Of a DNA stretch of 64,000 nucleotides, positions 15,101 through 30,100 are shown piece after piece. The DNA is from Isurus oxyrinchus (Eukaryota): contig JANJGN010000034.1 of assembly GCA_026770705.1 (NCBI GenBank), positions 4,588,001-4,652,000 on the forward strand, given 5' to 3'. The notes below the pieces were generated by a model. It did not search any database, was not told the DNA's origin, and saw only the letters and a list, made by a program, of their open reading frames with translations. Numbering within the stretch: position 1 is the stretch's first letter; the number at the start of each line of letters is the position of its first letter. A program made the translations under genes and the position numbers.

Positions 15101-18100
15101 GGCAACTTTGTGGGTATATTTCTGATTGCAAATAGACAGATGGTGCTTCAGAGAAAAGTATTTGGCATGAACATATCCGGGTTTGTTATGCATTCCCCAT
15201 GTTAATTTGACATGGTATGCATATCAATTTAGAAATCGGTTCATGGAAATCTTAATCACAAAGACAATGGATTAAATTCCATGGCACAATTGCGAATAGA
15301 AAAGGAACATTTCTAGCGTTATGGAAAAATATGCTTTTCACTCAACCAACCTTAGCTTGCAAATACAATGGACGTCTGTTTTATTTTCTGTTATTGTTCC
15401 GTGGTCATTTTAAGCTTCGCCAATGAATGATTATGACATAATGTCTAATCAACCTGTCATGAATTTCATTTGTCTGCAACTCCTGAACAGAGGGCAAAAT
15501 GACTTTGTTAACTTACCTTAATTCAAGCTTTTATTGTACTAATTATTCACAGTGAAATCAATGAAGCCTCTTTTTAATTGCATTGAAGATTCATTGCGTT
15601 ACTTCCAAAGCCACTCGATCGTTTGTCAGTTGCGGTGCCTAGAACTGAAGGCAGCAATTAACGTGTAATCAACTGTAAGCTTTATCTTAGATATTGATTT
15701 GATTCGCAAAAACTTATTGAACCTCAAATCACTGTTAAAGTTGTGTACTATTTACGTTTTATTCTAATTCATAATGTTCCTGAACAGAAAAAGACATCAA
15801 ATCGAAAGAAAATGGTAATTATCGTTAAATAATCGTCTTACAATTTAATTCTGGACATATTGTTCAAGCTTTATTTTCCAATATGATGGTCGGCCAATGA
15901 CTGTTTGGGAGTTTTGGTGAACTGGAGCTGCAGAAGTGATTGGCGTTTTTGTCATTCTGGAACCAGACAGGACTGGGCTTGCAACTAAATGAGATTTTTG
16001 TCGTTTATCGCTGACCTGTACTGGCCTAGGCTTGTTTGTTTGAAGGATATGACGGGTCAGTGCTGCATAAGTGATTCGTTTATTTTGACGCAGTTGATGC
16101 GGAATGGCTGATACGATGCTTTGTAATCTGATTTGGAGGGTCATTCCCAAACACCTCGGCGAGTAAGTGCATGGGGGCGCCTCCAAGTACACTTCTCAGC
16201 AATATTTGCTCCATTTTCAGAATCTATAAACTTAGGTCTGCCTAGCTTTCTTTCAATTAGAAGAATCATGAGAGAAATAGACCATTCGATCCAACATGTA
16301 AATTTGCATGTTTGCTTTGTCCATTAGCCATTGGGAATTATATGAGGCACATTATAAAAAAAAAACATTGTTAATCTTTGAAATGCAGGACAAAGGTCAA
16401 TTGGTTGTAAGTGTTCACGGTTTGAAACCCACTAATTCTCTCGATCTCCTCATACCTTGGAACATAAACAAACAGACTATTTCCCTGAGATCTTTGCGTT
16501 CCTCCAATTGCGACCACTTGTTTCTCTGTGATTGCCACCAATTAGCAGCAGGCTGCGTTCCTGCAGGTGCTCTGAAAATGTTCAATGAAATTCCTCTCCT
16601 AAACAGCTCTGCTTCACTGTTTATCATTTTTACATTACAACACTCTATTTCAGCCATGGCATTGCCGAATATTTTGGCTACATACCACATTACCTAATTT
16701 GTGCTTCATTGAGCACTCATAGCGCACAATTTGCTGTGCAAGATTACCTGTGCTTTCCCAAATCTTTTGAATGGCCTCATTGTGAAAGCGACCTTAAGAA
16801 CGAGAGTTAACGTTGTTGCAACTTAATGTTCTCATAAGTTTCCTTTCAACCTTCCAGAGCTCAGTGATTGTAAAGAATCTTTGAAAGTGTTAGGTGAGAA
16901 AACGGACACATTTCATGAAAGCCTCTCAGGAAGAGAAGCAACAATTTCATCTGAGACAGAAATGTACCGCTGCTGATATTATTTGTTGCGGCCTGTTTTT
17001 ACCCAAGACGATTCAATACTGTTGATTGTAACATTAAGCGTGGTGTACAACAGGGGGCCCATACAATGCCGCATATTTTGCACTTTTTGCAGATTGGTAT
17101 CTAGAGGGAACATGACGGGATGTATTGACTATTTTTGGTGTTATCGATCAGCACAACTTTGGCCTATACTCCATGTGGTACACAAATAATCATCAATTAA
17201 AACCTTTTTTTTTTACAATTAAAACCTTGGCGCTGAAACTTTGCTGATGCCCCTCAAAGTCAATGATTTATGCTCTACAGAAAAGAAGCTGAAAGCAAAG
17301 CAAAACGGTTAAGTTTTGAAAATTACTAATTATAAAGATATTGATGCCAGTGTTTACAACAAATTAAGAGTAGAGCGTGCAATTCAATCTGTTGCATCAT
17401 TCGATTCAATACGCATTTTAAGTATAACATTTTAATATTGAGACACAGTAACTGATTACAAATAGGTAAATTCGATGGTAGTGACATTTAACTGACAAGG
17501 AGGATCATCAATGTGATATTTGCCATGAAGTGAAAGACGAATATTTTAAAAGAGTATTGTTTGTCTTACCTAAACTTACAATGTTGAAAAGATATTGCAA
17601 ATAGCAAAGATAAACAGTGATCTTGGATAATTACTTTATGTCCAACAAGTTCCTGAAAGACGAAGTGTGATATTCGCCTTCAGAGGAAAGAAGATAGATT
17701 ATCTGCCATGTTATGCTTTTATATAGTAGCATGCATACAGTATACTGTGTGCTGACATACAATGGAAAACGATTTGACTTCTGACGAGTAGAAGGAATTT
17801 TAGCACATCTCCAATTCAGCATGAGTGTACAAACAAAAATAATGATCTCAGTAATGCAAGGGGAAAAGCAAATTATTCGTATTCTTTGGAAAACTTAACG
17901 TTAAAATATGCATGTATGTAGGCATTTTAATCGATATTCCACGTCGGATGGCTGATGCATCAGGCCTGGTGTGTAGAAAGAGGCATATTGGTGAGTTAAG
18001 AATGTTTTGATTCTGTATGTCTGAAGTAAGCTGCCCTTCTTCCTCCCAGAGCTGGACGATGTCAAAAAAGCCAACGATGGCTCAGGTGAGCACAAAGAAA

Positions 18101-21100
18101 GACTGGGTTGGGAATTGTTCTGGGCAAACAAATCAAAATTGACGACTGCACTTTTTAACTGCAGCTGATAATTTGTTAAAACAAATGAGTTGGAAGACTG
18201 ACATAAAAACAAAAAAAATTGATAAAGCTCAGCATGTTTGGAAACATTGTGGAGAGAGAAACGGAAATCCTGGCGAGTTAGAAGTCATTCGTTTTATTGA
18301 AATATCTGAGGAAAACAATTGTTGTAGTTCTTCTGAAATTCGGTGAGAAGTTAACATATCATATAGATCCCTACTGACTCAACAGAGAACATAACTGAGC
18401 GGACTTGATTGGGCATGTTAAAAATGCTAATTCAGTATTGGGGACAATTATCTGTTCAAAAACATATTGAGGTTAACGGAACTGAGCAATGTAAAATGTT
18501 TGTAAGCACTGACTGATGAACAACTCTTGCTTTTCAACGATCCGCGGTATATATCTGTGGATAGAATCAGTGAACGTGCTGCAGAAGCAACTATCTGTTT
18601 TCAAAAAATAATTTTCAGATGCCGAGTTCACAGGAAAACTTGACACGTTACGAAAATCAATAAGAAATCTGCCCAAACCTCTCTAATGAATGAACGAATC
18701 TTTTGGCACCATTTTGCCGTCGAGCAAGGGTGGTATCTGTTGTGAGGGTATTTAATGTATTTCTCTTATTCAAACTCCGTAGAAAGAATAAATGTTTTCG
18801 CCTTCTGTGCTCAAATCATGAACTTTCTTCCCAGCATTGAATCGTTTGCAAATTGGCCAAATTATTGGCCTGTAAAAACCTTTTTGGACCTCATTGTGTC
18901 CAGGCAGAGTGAATAGAAATGCGGTTTGCTTGGTTCCATCATACTGCCTCTTCCTGACTTAAATCGATACATTTAGAAAGAAAATCAAAACAACTTGTTG
19001 CGAATGAATCCCAGGTTGTGATTGTTTTTCGAAGGGAAGCGACAAAGTGTTTTATTTTTCGTAATGCACACGTCAGATAATGCAAAAAATCTCTAAATAT
19101 ACCGAGCTATGAGTGGTTTGACATCAACTCAATTTTCAACATCATACTCACTAAAGAAACATAGATTGAATCCACCATTCAGTCTTTGTAAGTAGCAAAG
19201 GAAAGGCGTCATCGCATATTGTTCCTGTGCTTGTCAGCAGGTAGAATGTACACTGCCATGTATGTGCTTATGTTTCAGCATGTTGGAGATTATTTCTGTG
19301 CCCGCTTGCTTTGCCATGATTTGTTTCAAATCTAAATCATGGCTAGAGATTGCAGATATAAATATGCTGCAAAGCATAATAAAACACCCCATTCTTTGAC
19401 TCAAACATTACGTTTGTGCTATTACTAATAAAGCACGACTTAGGAACTTACGAATATCAGGCGATTTAGCTCCCCAAAATTTGAATAAGTCCGTGGGAAA
19501 CATATACTCAGCCCCAGAAACACTCGTTGCTTACTTCGCTAATAAATAACAGAGAATGCCTACATCAGTTTGCCATTGTTACATTGTCCCTGAACATCAG
19601 CAGTTTTTTTTCTCAATTATTGGAGTGCGTCACTTTGCTGACATCACTCCTCGATGCACTTTGCATATCTGACTTGATTGCAAATGCACGTTTTCATTTC
19701 GTCCAATGTTGGAAACTGTTTATGTCTATCTAAACTAGCAAATATTTAAATCCACTTGGACACTTGAATTTGATCACCAGTTAACCTTAGTCGAGTCAAT
19801 CAGGGCCTCTTCTTGGAAGCATCAAAAAAGTAATTATCAAAGCATTGCGATAATTTTGGAGAATCTGCAATCTGTCCTTCTCAAGGCCATATATTGATAT
19901 TAAGTTTGGTTCCCGAAAGAGAAACCAGGAATCCGAATGTAATTAAATGAAAAATTTATCTAATTGAGGTGAACAAATACTCATCGAATTTCAATTCACT
20001 GGGCAAGTTTCACAATGTTTCACGTAAACCCTACATGTTCCTAATGCACGTTTACAGATGAAAAATATAAAACAAAAGATGAGGGTAATTTAATATTAGG
20101 TTATGATGTTATAGTTTTGCAAAGCTGTAGAAATCACTTTGCCCTTTTACTTTACTCTAAGAGTTTATTTCATATTAGTCTGTTGAAGATAAAAGTGATA
20201 ATGAAGGGGAAATGTGTTCAGGATTTTGCAAGTCTTAATTTAGATGTAGATGGATTGACATTTATGCGAGGTTCTTGTCTTAAGGCTCAACAGCACTAAC
20301 GTTTGTTTGACAGTTACGACAATATTCCAGTATGTTCCTGAATGTGTGACTCATTCTTGCGGCATGTGCTGACACAGATGATGCTGAATTGTGACCTCAT
20401 CCAGTTGTGTTTATAACTTGGAGATAATTACCACTAACCCTGGTGAATGGCATTGTTGGGATTGTTGGTACGGTGAGGTGTGTGACAGGCCTGTCGGCAT
20501 TCGCTTTTCAGCTTCATTAAGACAATTATCATGATCGATAACCAGGCTGTCTGTTTGGCGGACGATATAATGCAGCAATTTGCATTGGCTAAATTTAGCA
20601 TTCAATCATAAATCTTCTATATCGAATACAAAAGCAGAAAATGCTTAACAAAAGCTCAGCAGATCAGGCAGCACTTGTGGCTAGAGACCCAGCGCAAACA
20701 TTTCGACTCCGTATGACTCTTCTCCACATACGCTGTCATACATGCATAGTTGTTCCAACATTTTTTGTTTTTGCTTCAGACTTAGAGCATCCGCAGTATT
20801 TAGCTTTGGTTCAATTACAATAATGCTTATCATGCTCTCTTCCATTGAACAATTGTGACTGATTTGGATGATCAGCAACAATCATAATGAATGGCGCATC
20901 AGGCTCGAAGTGTCGAATGGCCTACTCCTGCTTTTAGTTTCTATGCTGCTATGTAATATAATTTGACACATTTGTTACGGTAATGCCAGCTCGATGACAA
21001 ATGTGCATGGTCTACGATCTGGCAAATAATTTAGCACGAATTTATGCCACTTAATAAGACCCCTGGTTATCTTCAGATATTAAGGATGTGGTAGCTGGAA

Positions 21101-24100
21101 TTACAGCCCTAAAAATCACTGCTTCGCTACTTTTTATGTTTGTGTCATGGCACTCCTTAACAGCTGATCTTGAATGAAAACTTTGGTCTATATCCTTTTT
21201 ATCAGCTCTGTGTCTCTTGAGCTGCTGTAACAGATTGGCTGTCTTTTCGAATGCTGTTGAATAATTTTTTACGTGAAAGGCAAAGGTATATTCAGCATCA
21301 CATCAATGTTCCCATCGGGTTTTGATTCTCATTCAAGAGCTCCCGCATGCAAAAACAACTTTAAAGATTTTAGGTGAGAGAATAGATCTATTTTGAAGGA
21401 TTCCAAGTGATTACAGGAAACGGTCACTTGGGACAGAAAGGATGTGATATGGTTTCAGCTGTGCATTTTACCAAACAACGTATGTTTAGCTGACAAACTT
21501 TCAGAAATTTAATTAGCAAGCGGAGCATATAAAGGTCATCCCTTGCATTGCTACCCGTTTCGTGCTTCCACCGGTGAAGCATTCTCAGGTCCTCATGATT
21601 GATTGTAGTAGCGTTTTTATTGATTTTAACAATAAACAGCATTTTGGCCTGTACTCAGTGAGGTACAGAAAAGTACAGTCATTAGAACTATTTTATAGAG
21701 TGATACTCCTTGTTGTTGATCTTTGTTGTTGAAAATTAAATTAATATCTCTGCATAACAGAAGAGAAGCTGAAAGTAAAGCAATCAGCTGTTAATTTCGA
21801 AATTCAACTACTAGAAAGAGATGAAGCCCAGTGCCATTAACAATCACTAAGTAGCACTGAGACACGGAGACAAACACGCTCAACACACATACACACAAAA
21901 TTGGACAAGCACAACGTAAACACGATCGTAGTGAAGTTTAGCTAACAATGGATAAAATAATGGTGATCTATCGCGAAGATGTGGATGATGATTGATGATA
22001 AAATTGAAGTACTTCTGATACAAGGTAATATGATTTTGAACAGATGTTCCAAAAGAGAAAGACAGAAATCCCTTACATCTAGCTTTCTAATTCATATCTA
22101 GGAGACGTACATTGTATTTTTTTTGTGGAAAGCAAAAATGACGTTCATCTTACGAGGCAACGAAGATGATTTGCTTCACGTCAGATAACTGTTTCTGGTC
22201 GGCACAATTACCTTTCCATTTGTAAAAACGGAAAATGCTATAATCGGTATGTATTTTGATATTGGAATAGATTCAGTGGGCGTTGGGTGGGGGGTGGGGT
22301 TCGAAGCAAGCCCCAAGAACATTACTCTGAGTCTCCAGAAAACAACTCAATTGATTGGTGTCACTATGCCGCCCCCTTTGTCTGCCTAAAGTATTGCTGC
22401 TTCCTCATTCCATAACTTGTCAAGTGAAGAAAGCTGTTGATGATTCAGGTTAACACAAAACGAATATGCTGGGTTGGAAACTCTGCTTGGGTAATCGATC
22501 TCATTTGAGGAGTACAATACTGACCACTGATTGTAAATTGGTGCTTGAGCAACGCAATTGAATTATAGATTTATTTCATAAATGAGCAGTTTCATTCAAG
22601 TAGGTTTGAAGGGAATAAGGATTGTACCGTGGAGGTGCCTGAGAAGATGTGCTTCCCTACTGGGCTCCTGTTTGAATTCTACACTAAATGTCTTCTTGGC
22701 AGCTTCATATGAAGCTCTAACTTTTGATGGGTAATTACCCTACATGGCAACCAACGCTCAATGTTAAATGGAGACTTTGGATGATTCTTTCTCTCTGAGG
22801 AGATTATTCACCAAAAGACGATTAGATGAATTAAAACCAATTCCAACTCTTGAATAACTAACGTATTCACACAATGACACCCGCTACCCAAATACCACAT
22901 TCCCCCAAGACTACCTTGTACTAACTTCAGCCACACCTCCAAACAAAACTAACAACACCAACCATCTCTACCAAAGCCAGCAATTTGTCCTGCTTCCAAA
23001 TACGTCAAACGATAAGAGCAGGAAAAATGTGTGGCAGTGCGTGACAAATCATCGTACCCTATGATGCCTGATTAGCATTCATACAATTCTAGCAACGTTA
23101 CTGAAGAGGAATTTAAGAACATACGAAGAACAAGCAATTTAAATCCACCAATTTTCAAATGTATCTAGTGTAGACTGTGCATAGTTTCTGCTACCCAAAT
23201 TGGTGACGTCATGTCTTGCCATGCAAAAAAAGAAAATTCTCACCTACGACGTATTGCGCTGACTGGGAGACTCAAGGGTGCAACTGTGTGACTTTTTTTT
23301 TCATTTTTACCCAACTTATATTTCACTCATTAGGAAAAATGGTCCTTTACTCTGTATCAGGCCGATTATTTCCTTCACTCTGAACAATGTAATGCCCCCA
23401 CAAATTAACTTTCTGGACTGAAATAAATTTAAGCACCCTGTTGAATATTATAATCAACACGTAATTCTTAATGCCTCGCTATGGTTGTGGTGAATCTGCA
23501 CTGCATCGCATTAAAAATCATTGTCTACTTACTGAAGTGACATGCCATGACATGATTACTAGGCTGAGATTTCTCTCACTGTGGACCTGTTATAAGCAAT
23601 CACCGAAACTCAGTTCACTGTTTATAATTTAAATTATTTGCTGCATATTCTAAATGTTTTCCTTGCACTTTTACAGAAGAAAAATTGAAAATGAATGAGG
23701 ATGGTAACTAAATGAGAAAATTTTAGCTAACAGCGGCAATATGAATGAAGATGTCCTTTTTTGAAGGAATTGCGTGGAAGTGAGTGTTGTTGCAATCGAT
23801 GAGGGAAAGTATAGGAGTGATACACAATGTTTCCAGCCTTGATCCATATTATGGCGGGCAGCTATCTGACTGGGCTTCATTAGATTAATTGCACTGACCT
23901 CGGCTTTTGTTCTTTGTTCATTAGAACACTGAATGACTCGTTGATGTGGGCACATTCTGTCATTTTACTTTCTGGATGCCTGTCACGAAAATTTGTGCAG
24001 AGGATTGGAAGGGAAATTTCCAAAGACCTCGATTAGTAAGAGCACGGTGTTATGCGTCTTAGTTTTATTACATTAATTGGCATAGTATATAATGAACAAT

Positions 24101-27100
24101 CTGTATATTCCCTTTTGAATTTCATCGAAATGTGTCAGAGAACAAATCATTCAATCGATTTGCTCTACACAAAAGTTTTAGTTTATCCCACTGGACCCCT
24201 TTACAATTGCTAACTAAATACCACCAACGATCTGAGTCTCAACAAAGGACATGGATTGCTACTGTTTCTCAAACTCATCATGCTTTTAAATTCTAACATT
24301 CATTTCGGTCTCTTTTGCCTCCCCCTGCTTTACTGTACTCCAATATTTATTTTTCTGACACCTTTAAATACCTCTTTACTTGATGTAAGTAATGGTGCAA
24401 ATCCACTTCAGTTTTTCGTGCCTCATTGCTATATCTGATGATTAAATCTTTCTACCTGAGTCAAGTGAGCACCTTTCTAAACAATCTTAAAATTATTTCT
24501 GTTTCCTGCAAGTCACCATTTCAATCCAAATGTAACTTGTTTCAAAAGAAGGGTCTGATCATTTGCTTTTTCTCGTTCCAGAGCTCATTGGCTGCCAAGA
24601 CAATTTAAATTATTTAAGTGAGAATAGAAACTTGTATTCCTAAAGCAATTGCACGATTACATAGAAAAAGTAAAACCTATGAAGAAACATAGCGCGGTTG
24701 TTATAGTGCTTAACTACCAAGCAGTTTTAGATGTACTCACTTCTAAGGATGTTAATGCAAAGGGGAGTGTAGGAAAGGCGGCCCATCTGCACAAAACATG
24801 TGGCGCTTTCGACGCAGATTTATGCCACCCTTACGTCTCTGGATATGATAAGGTTCCTTTGAGGCAGCCGGTCATGATTCTCTGGAACACTCTTTGTAAA
24901 AAAGATGGTGGAAGGTGAGTCTTTGCATATTTCAAAGATAAAGGTGGATGGATTCTTGTTAAAGTAGGGGGTGGTAGATTATCTGGAGCACATGGGATGC
25001 AGGTTTCAGCTTGCTATCAGGTCATCATGATCTTATTTAATGGCGGACCTGGTTCATTGAGCTGAATGGCGTATTGTTGCGCCTTGGTCGTATGTTTATC
25101 TTTTTGGGCCTATAATATCTGTGGTGTAGAAATGGTCAGCAATGACAACAGCTTTCCAGCACGAAATTCTAGGCGGTAAGCATTGCTATTGAATCTCAAA
25201 GACAATAAACTTTACTTTACAGAAGGAGAACTGAAAGAAAAGCAGGAAGGTACTTTTGTTTTCAAATTCAACAATTAAACGCCACATGACGATGTCCAGC
25301 AAGAAAACAGAACACTCGTTGAACAAAACAAGCTCTCAATTTGTTCGCATGTCTTTTATGTTGTTGCTTTAAAACTGACATAAAAATAATGTCACAAGTC
25401 AAAGGTGAACCTGGCTGCTGTAGTATTCAGCCATGGGGATATTGGTGCTGCAAATATTGAAGATCTCGGTAACAATTATTGACACAACTGAAATTCTTCC
25501 GATACATAAATGTATGATTTTTGAACAGATAGTGCAAAGCATGGCGACATATGCCCCTAAATGTTGGGAAAAGTATAGAGGAACAATCATCTTCCCGGTC
25601 AAACAAAACTGAATGTTTTAGTATGCCATATGTCATCCTAGTCCATTCAAAATTCCTTTTGTTTGCCATGAAGGGAATTATGGAAATATTTGATTACTTA
25701 GGAATCAAATGAAAATTATTTCAAATCGCATGCACTACTAAATTGTCATGATAAAAGGTAAGGGTAGAAATAAAATATGAAAGGGTTATATCTAGGGAGT
25801 GTTATGAGTTTCATTTAGTGTTAAAATATAATTCTTGGGTTCTTTATTAAATGGCATTTTACATCGCGCCAAAAATACTTCGCCCCAATAACATTATGTT
25901 GAAGAATATGGAACATTTTGCTTGTAGATGTATGACGTGTTCTTTCTGCGTGCCTTGCAGAACTGGAGACAGCAAAAAAAGCTACTGATGACGCAAGTTA
26001 GTACACAAATAATTGTTTTCGCTTGGAAATGTTTCATGGCAAAAATGTCCAAAATTTTGAGTGCATTTCTGACCGCAGAATATAAACTGATGATAGGGAA
26101 ACAGAAAGCTTGACGGTAATAATTTAGGCCAGCTTTGCTCAATGTTCCGAGGCAATAAATCATGCAGTTCATCTAAAATTTATTGGCAACTTAGACTTTA
26201 ATCGTATTCCATATGACTCATCATTTAAAAAGTACACAAAGGGTTTATTTGGCAGGAATATACGGCAAAGTCTATTTTCCAACCATTATATGCACCATCC
26301 CAATTTTGATATTACGCAACATAAAGGTGAGAGAGGTCTCTGAACATGCAAGGATGTTGAAGCTTCCTGATTCATCTCAATTCACATAAAAAACACAATT
26401 TTATATAGCTGATGCGATATAGAATGAGGGTGCTAACGCTGCAGATAGCTCTGTTGTGGACGGAATCAGTTAACGGAGCTCAATATAATTTTTAGTTCAC
26501 AACGTAAGCACCCATTTTGCTATGTGTAGGGGATCACAGTTAAAAGTAGTTCTGCCTGTGGAGACTTTTATGACCAGTAATAAAGTCCCGTCTGAAGGAG
26601 TTATTATTGGTGTCCATTTTCATTTCCAAAGAATTATTGGAAGTTAACAATCTAGCACAAAGAAATGTGTAGGTGATATACACGTTCTATCTGGATTAGT
26701 AGCAGGATGCGAATGATGATATTAAAATCTGCTTATGAAAATCTAATGGCTCAGATGAGAGAACATGTCCCATGTTTCAGGGATAAGCAATGCAGCGAAT
26801 CTGGTGTGAAAGGATAATGTTATTTTTTTCTCTCAAACAACCTCATCAGAAAAAAGAAATCACTGCTCAGTTATTTCATTAAATTTCTGTTCGAAAATTC
26901 AGAGTTTCCTTTCCAATAACAAAGCAGTGGCAAAGTAACAATCATAATTATTTGACATTTAGTTGCTATGGGACAGCAGTGGGAGAAAAGCGATGTAGAA
27001 ATGCAAGATGCATTATCATCAAATTGTTTACATTGGGCTAAGCAAAATTCTCCCTTTTTACCAGATGTGGAACAATTGATTTTGAATTGTGAATGTCCAT

Positions 27101-30100
27101 GCACAGGAAATAGTTGAGGTGTTTTGTTTCAGCAAATGCAGAATACAAAGCGTGCAAAGAATCTTGAAATGATATCAGAAAGAGAAGGACTACAGTCTAT
27201 TCAAACCTTTGAAGAATTTACTTTCTAAATTCATTTGAACTGTAACAGCGTTTCAATTTTCATAAGCAACAAAACAAAGGTGAAATTCCATTCAGTTGGA
27301 ATAGTTGGCTGCAGATATGGAGATGGCGAAGATATATTTTCTGGACATTGAGTGGCATTGAGTGGAATTGTTTTAATTGTATGGCTTTTCATTCGTTGTG
27401 TGTGAAGATCGCTGGCTAGGCCAAAAATGGTGGCTCATCCCAAAAATGCCAAGAGAGTAGAAATGCTGCAATGTAGGCAAGAAGCGCATCCTGTTACTCC
27501 TGTTTAGAATACAACACATATCGAGTCAAACTAATGGAAAACAACTTAGGAACACTTGGAGGACAGTCACTTGGACCCATTCCAAATTCTACTTATTTAT
27601 TAAATGAGCAGACTCCGTTTCAACAAACTACATTGCTTAATTCAATATTTAGTGCAGGTCTTGACAAGTAGCATTCTGTCCGACCCCCAATTCTGATGTC
27701 GGCGTCTTTTCCAATATCCCAAATCGTGGTTTTGCTGGCTTCACTCCTTGAACCTTGATGTAAAATTTTATGATGGCTTATTTTGTTTGATGGTTTCGTT
27801 TTGCACTTCCAAAATTCATGCATGCCTTGGCCCTACTACCAACTATGTGCAGTTGCTTTCTTAGTGACCTTCCCTCCTGAAGTTTGGAAGTTCCCTCATC
27901 GTTGCGCAAGGATCAGCACCATTCCCGACTCCTCAGTTACAGAAGCGAAACATTTCCAATTGCAAGAAAATCTGACAAAACCCAAGCTTATGCTGACAAG
28001 TGGATTATGCATTTGCAGGAAGCAATGCAAGGCAATGATGAATTCCAAGATGAGATAACTGAAATATAGCCACTTGGAATTAAAATGCATTCCCGTCACG
28101 GGATCCCAACTATCAACATCCTGGTGACTGACTTTCACAGAAACTAAACTGGACTAGCTATTTGTATACTGTGGCTACACGAGCAGTGCAGAGGCTAGTA
28201 ACCCACTTCCTTACCCCCAAGAGCCTGCTTAACATCTAAAGGATGCAAACAGGAAATGTGAAACTTTCCACTTGCCTTGGTCAGTGTAACTCAACAGCAC
28301 CGAAAAAAGCTTGAAGCCTTCTAGGGCAAAGCAGCTCGCTTGATTAGAAGCGTATCCAAAAAAACATCCAATCCCTTCACATTCGAACCAAAGTGACAGC
28401 CTTAGGTGCTATCTACAAGATGCAACACAGAGACTCACCAATTCCTATGCATAACCTACCAAATCCACGATCACTAATGCCTGGAAGGCAATGAGAACAC
28501 TATGCAAGTCCCCCGCCCCCCACCCCCAAACCACACACTAAGCTGACTTAGAAATATAGCGCTATTCGTTCACATTCGTTGGGTCATAATTCTGGAACTC
28601 CCCTCCTAATAGCGCTTGTTGGTATACTGGGAGTTTGCCGTGCAACAAAAGGTCTTTTTTCCACCATCTTCTCAAATGCAATTTATATGAAGGCCATTCC
28701 AGCGACGCCCACGCCCCATCTTAGAATAGGAAAAACCAAAAAGTCGAATATTTTAATTGGCTTTATAATTCAGCGCACTTCAACTCTTTGTACTCAAGAG
28801 AATTGAAGAAAATTATTGAAATCATTATCCGTAATCCAAATCTCAACTCTCGCTATAATTCTGGTGAAACAGTTCTGCATCACTTCAACTCCTACTTTAT
28901 GGAGGTCCAAGAGCGGAATCCTGCAATCTGAACATGATCAAACCTGAGATAAAAGCAACATATTTCGGATGCTGGAAATCCGAAGCAAATGCAAAAACAA
29001 AAACATATATTCAAGCCTGAGATTTGTTTAACTCCATAACTGGCTTGCGCAAAAGCTGAGAAAATCTTCATACGTTTTCCCAGTTGTACAATGTTTCCGG
29101 TCTATTCCAAAAGATTTTCATGCACTTCAACAGAAGGACAAATGGAATCAAAAGATGCTGGTAAGTGACTGTTAAGTTATTATTTCGCAAAGTCAAATAA
29201 AGTTAGAGTGGCATTTATTTTCAAGAGGATTTTGCAGAAACATTGTTCAGAAGATTGGTGAAAGGTAGTTGAATAAGTCATTGGCAATTTTTTCAGTATT
29301 GCTCAGATATTTTGTGGTTACATCTGAGCAACGTTTACTGTTTAGACACTTAACGGCACTGACGTAGGGTTTTAATTTCCGGTAATAGCCCAGTTCAACA
29401 GTGGATGCGAAATGCCTTCCCACATGCGTAGTTGATAGTAACTGAGAGCAACGATAAATTTGAACATGAATTGGGAGAATAATTTTGAAGGGCCTCGACG
29501 AATTTGAGCAGGTAACGTCTTCCCACCCTGTTCTTGATGTTAATGCCATTATATGCGTTCCGCATAACCCACGCTTTGGCTATTTTAAATTGGAGGACAT
29601 GAACGTGCATTGGATCAAAATCGTTTTTGTTTCAGTTTTCTTTTGTCTTCTGGACAATTTGTTGAGGCACATAATTAGCAGCAATTTCAGGAATCACTGA
29701 AATCTGAAACAAAATCGGCATTTACAAAATGTTTCAGGTATAAATCCCCATTCATGCTCTCAGTCTCGTCGTTTTTGTAACTTGCGAAAATGCGATAATT
29801 CTTCGAGATATTTGCAGTTCCCCAAGTTTTGTATCTCCGATTGCCATCATCTAAAAGCTGCAAGGCGTTACCTTGAGCTGTTGGTCCTACAAACTGCTCT
29901 GCATCGCTATTCATCCTTCATATGATAAGGCACTCTTCAACAGCTCCGCCTATGAAAATATTCGCCATATGTACCTTTGTTTGTTATGTCCATGCATTTC
30001 ATTAATACTCCCGCCCAATTTTCAATGTACATTTCAAAACCCGTTGCATGACCGAATTTCATTAACACCTCAATATAAATGCAAAATAATCTTTCTGGAG

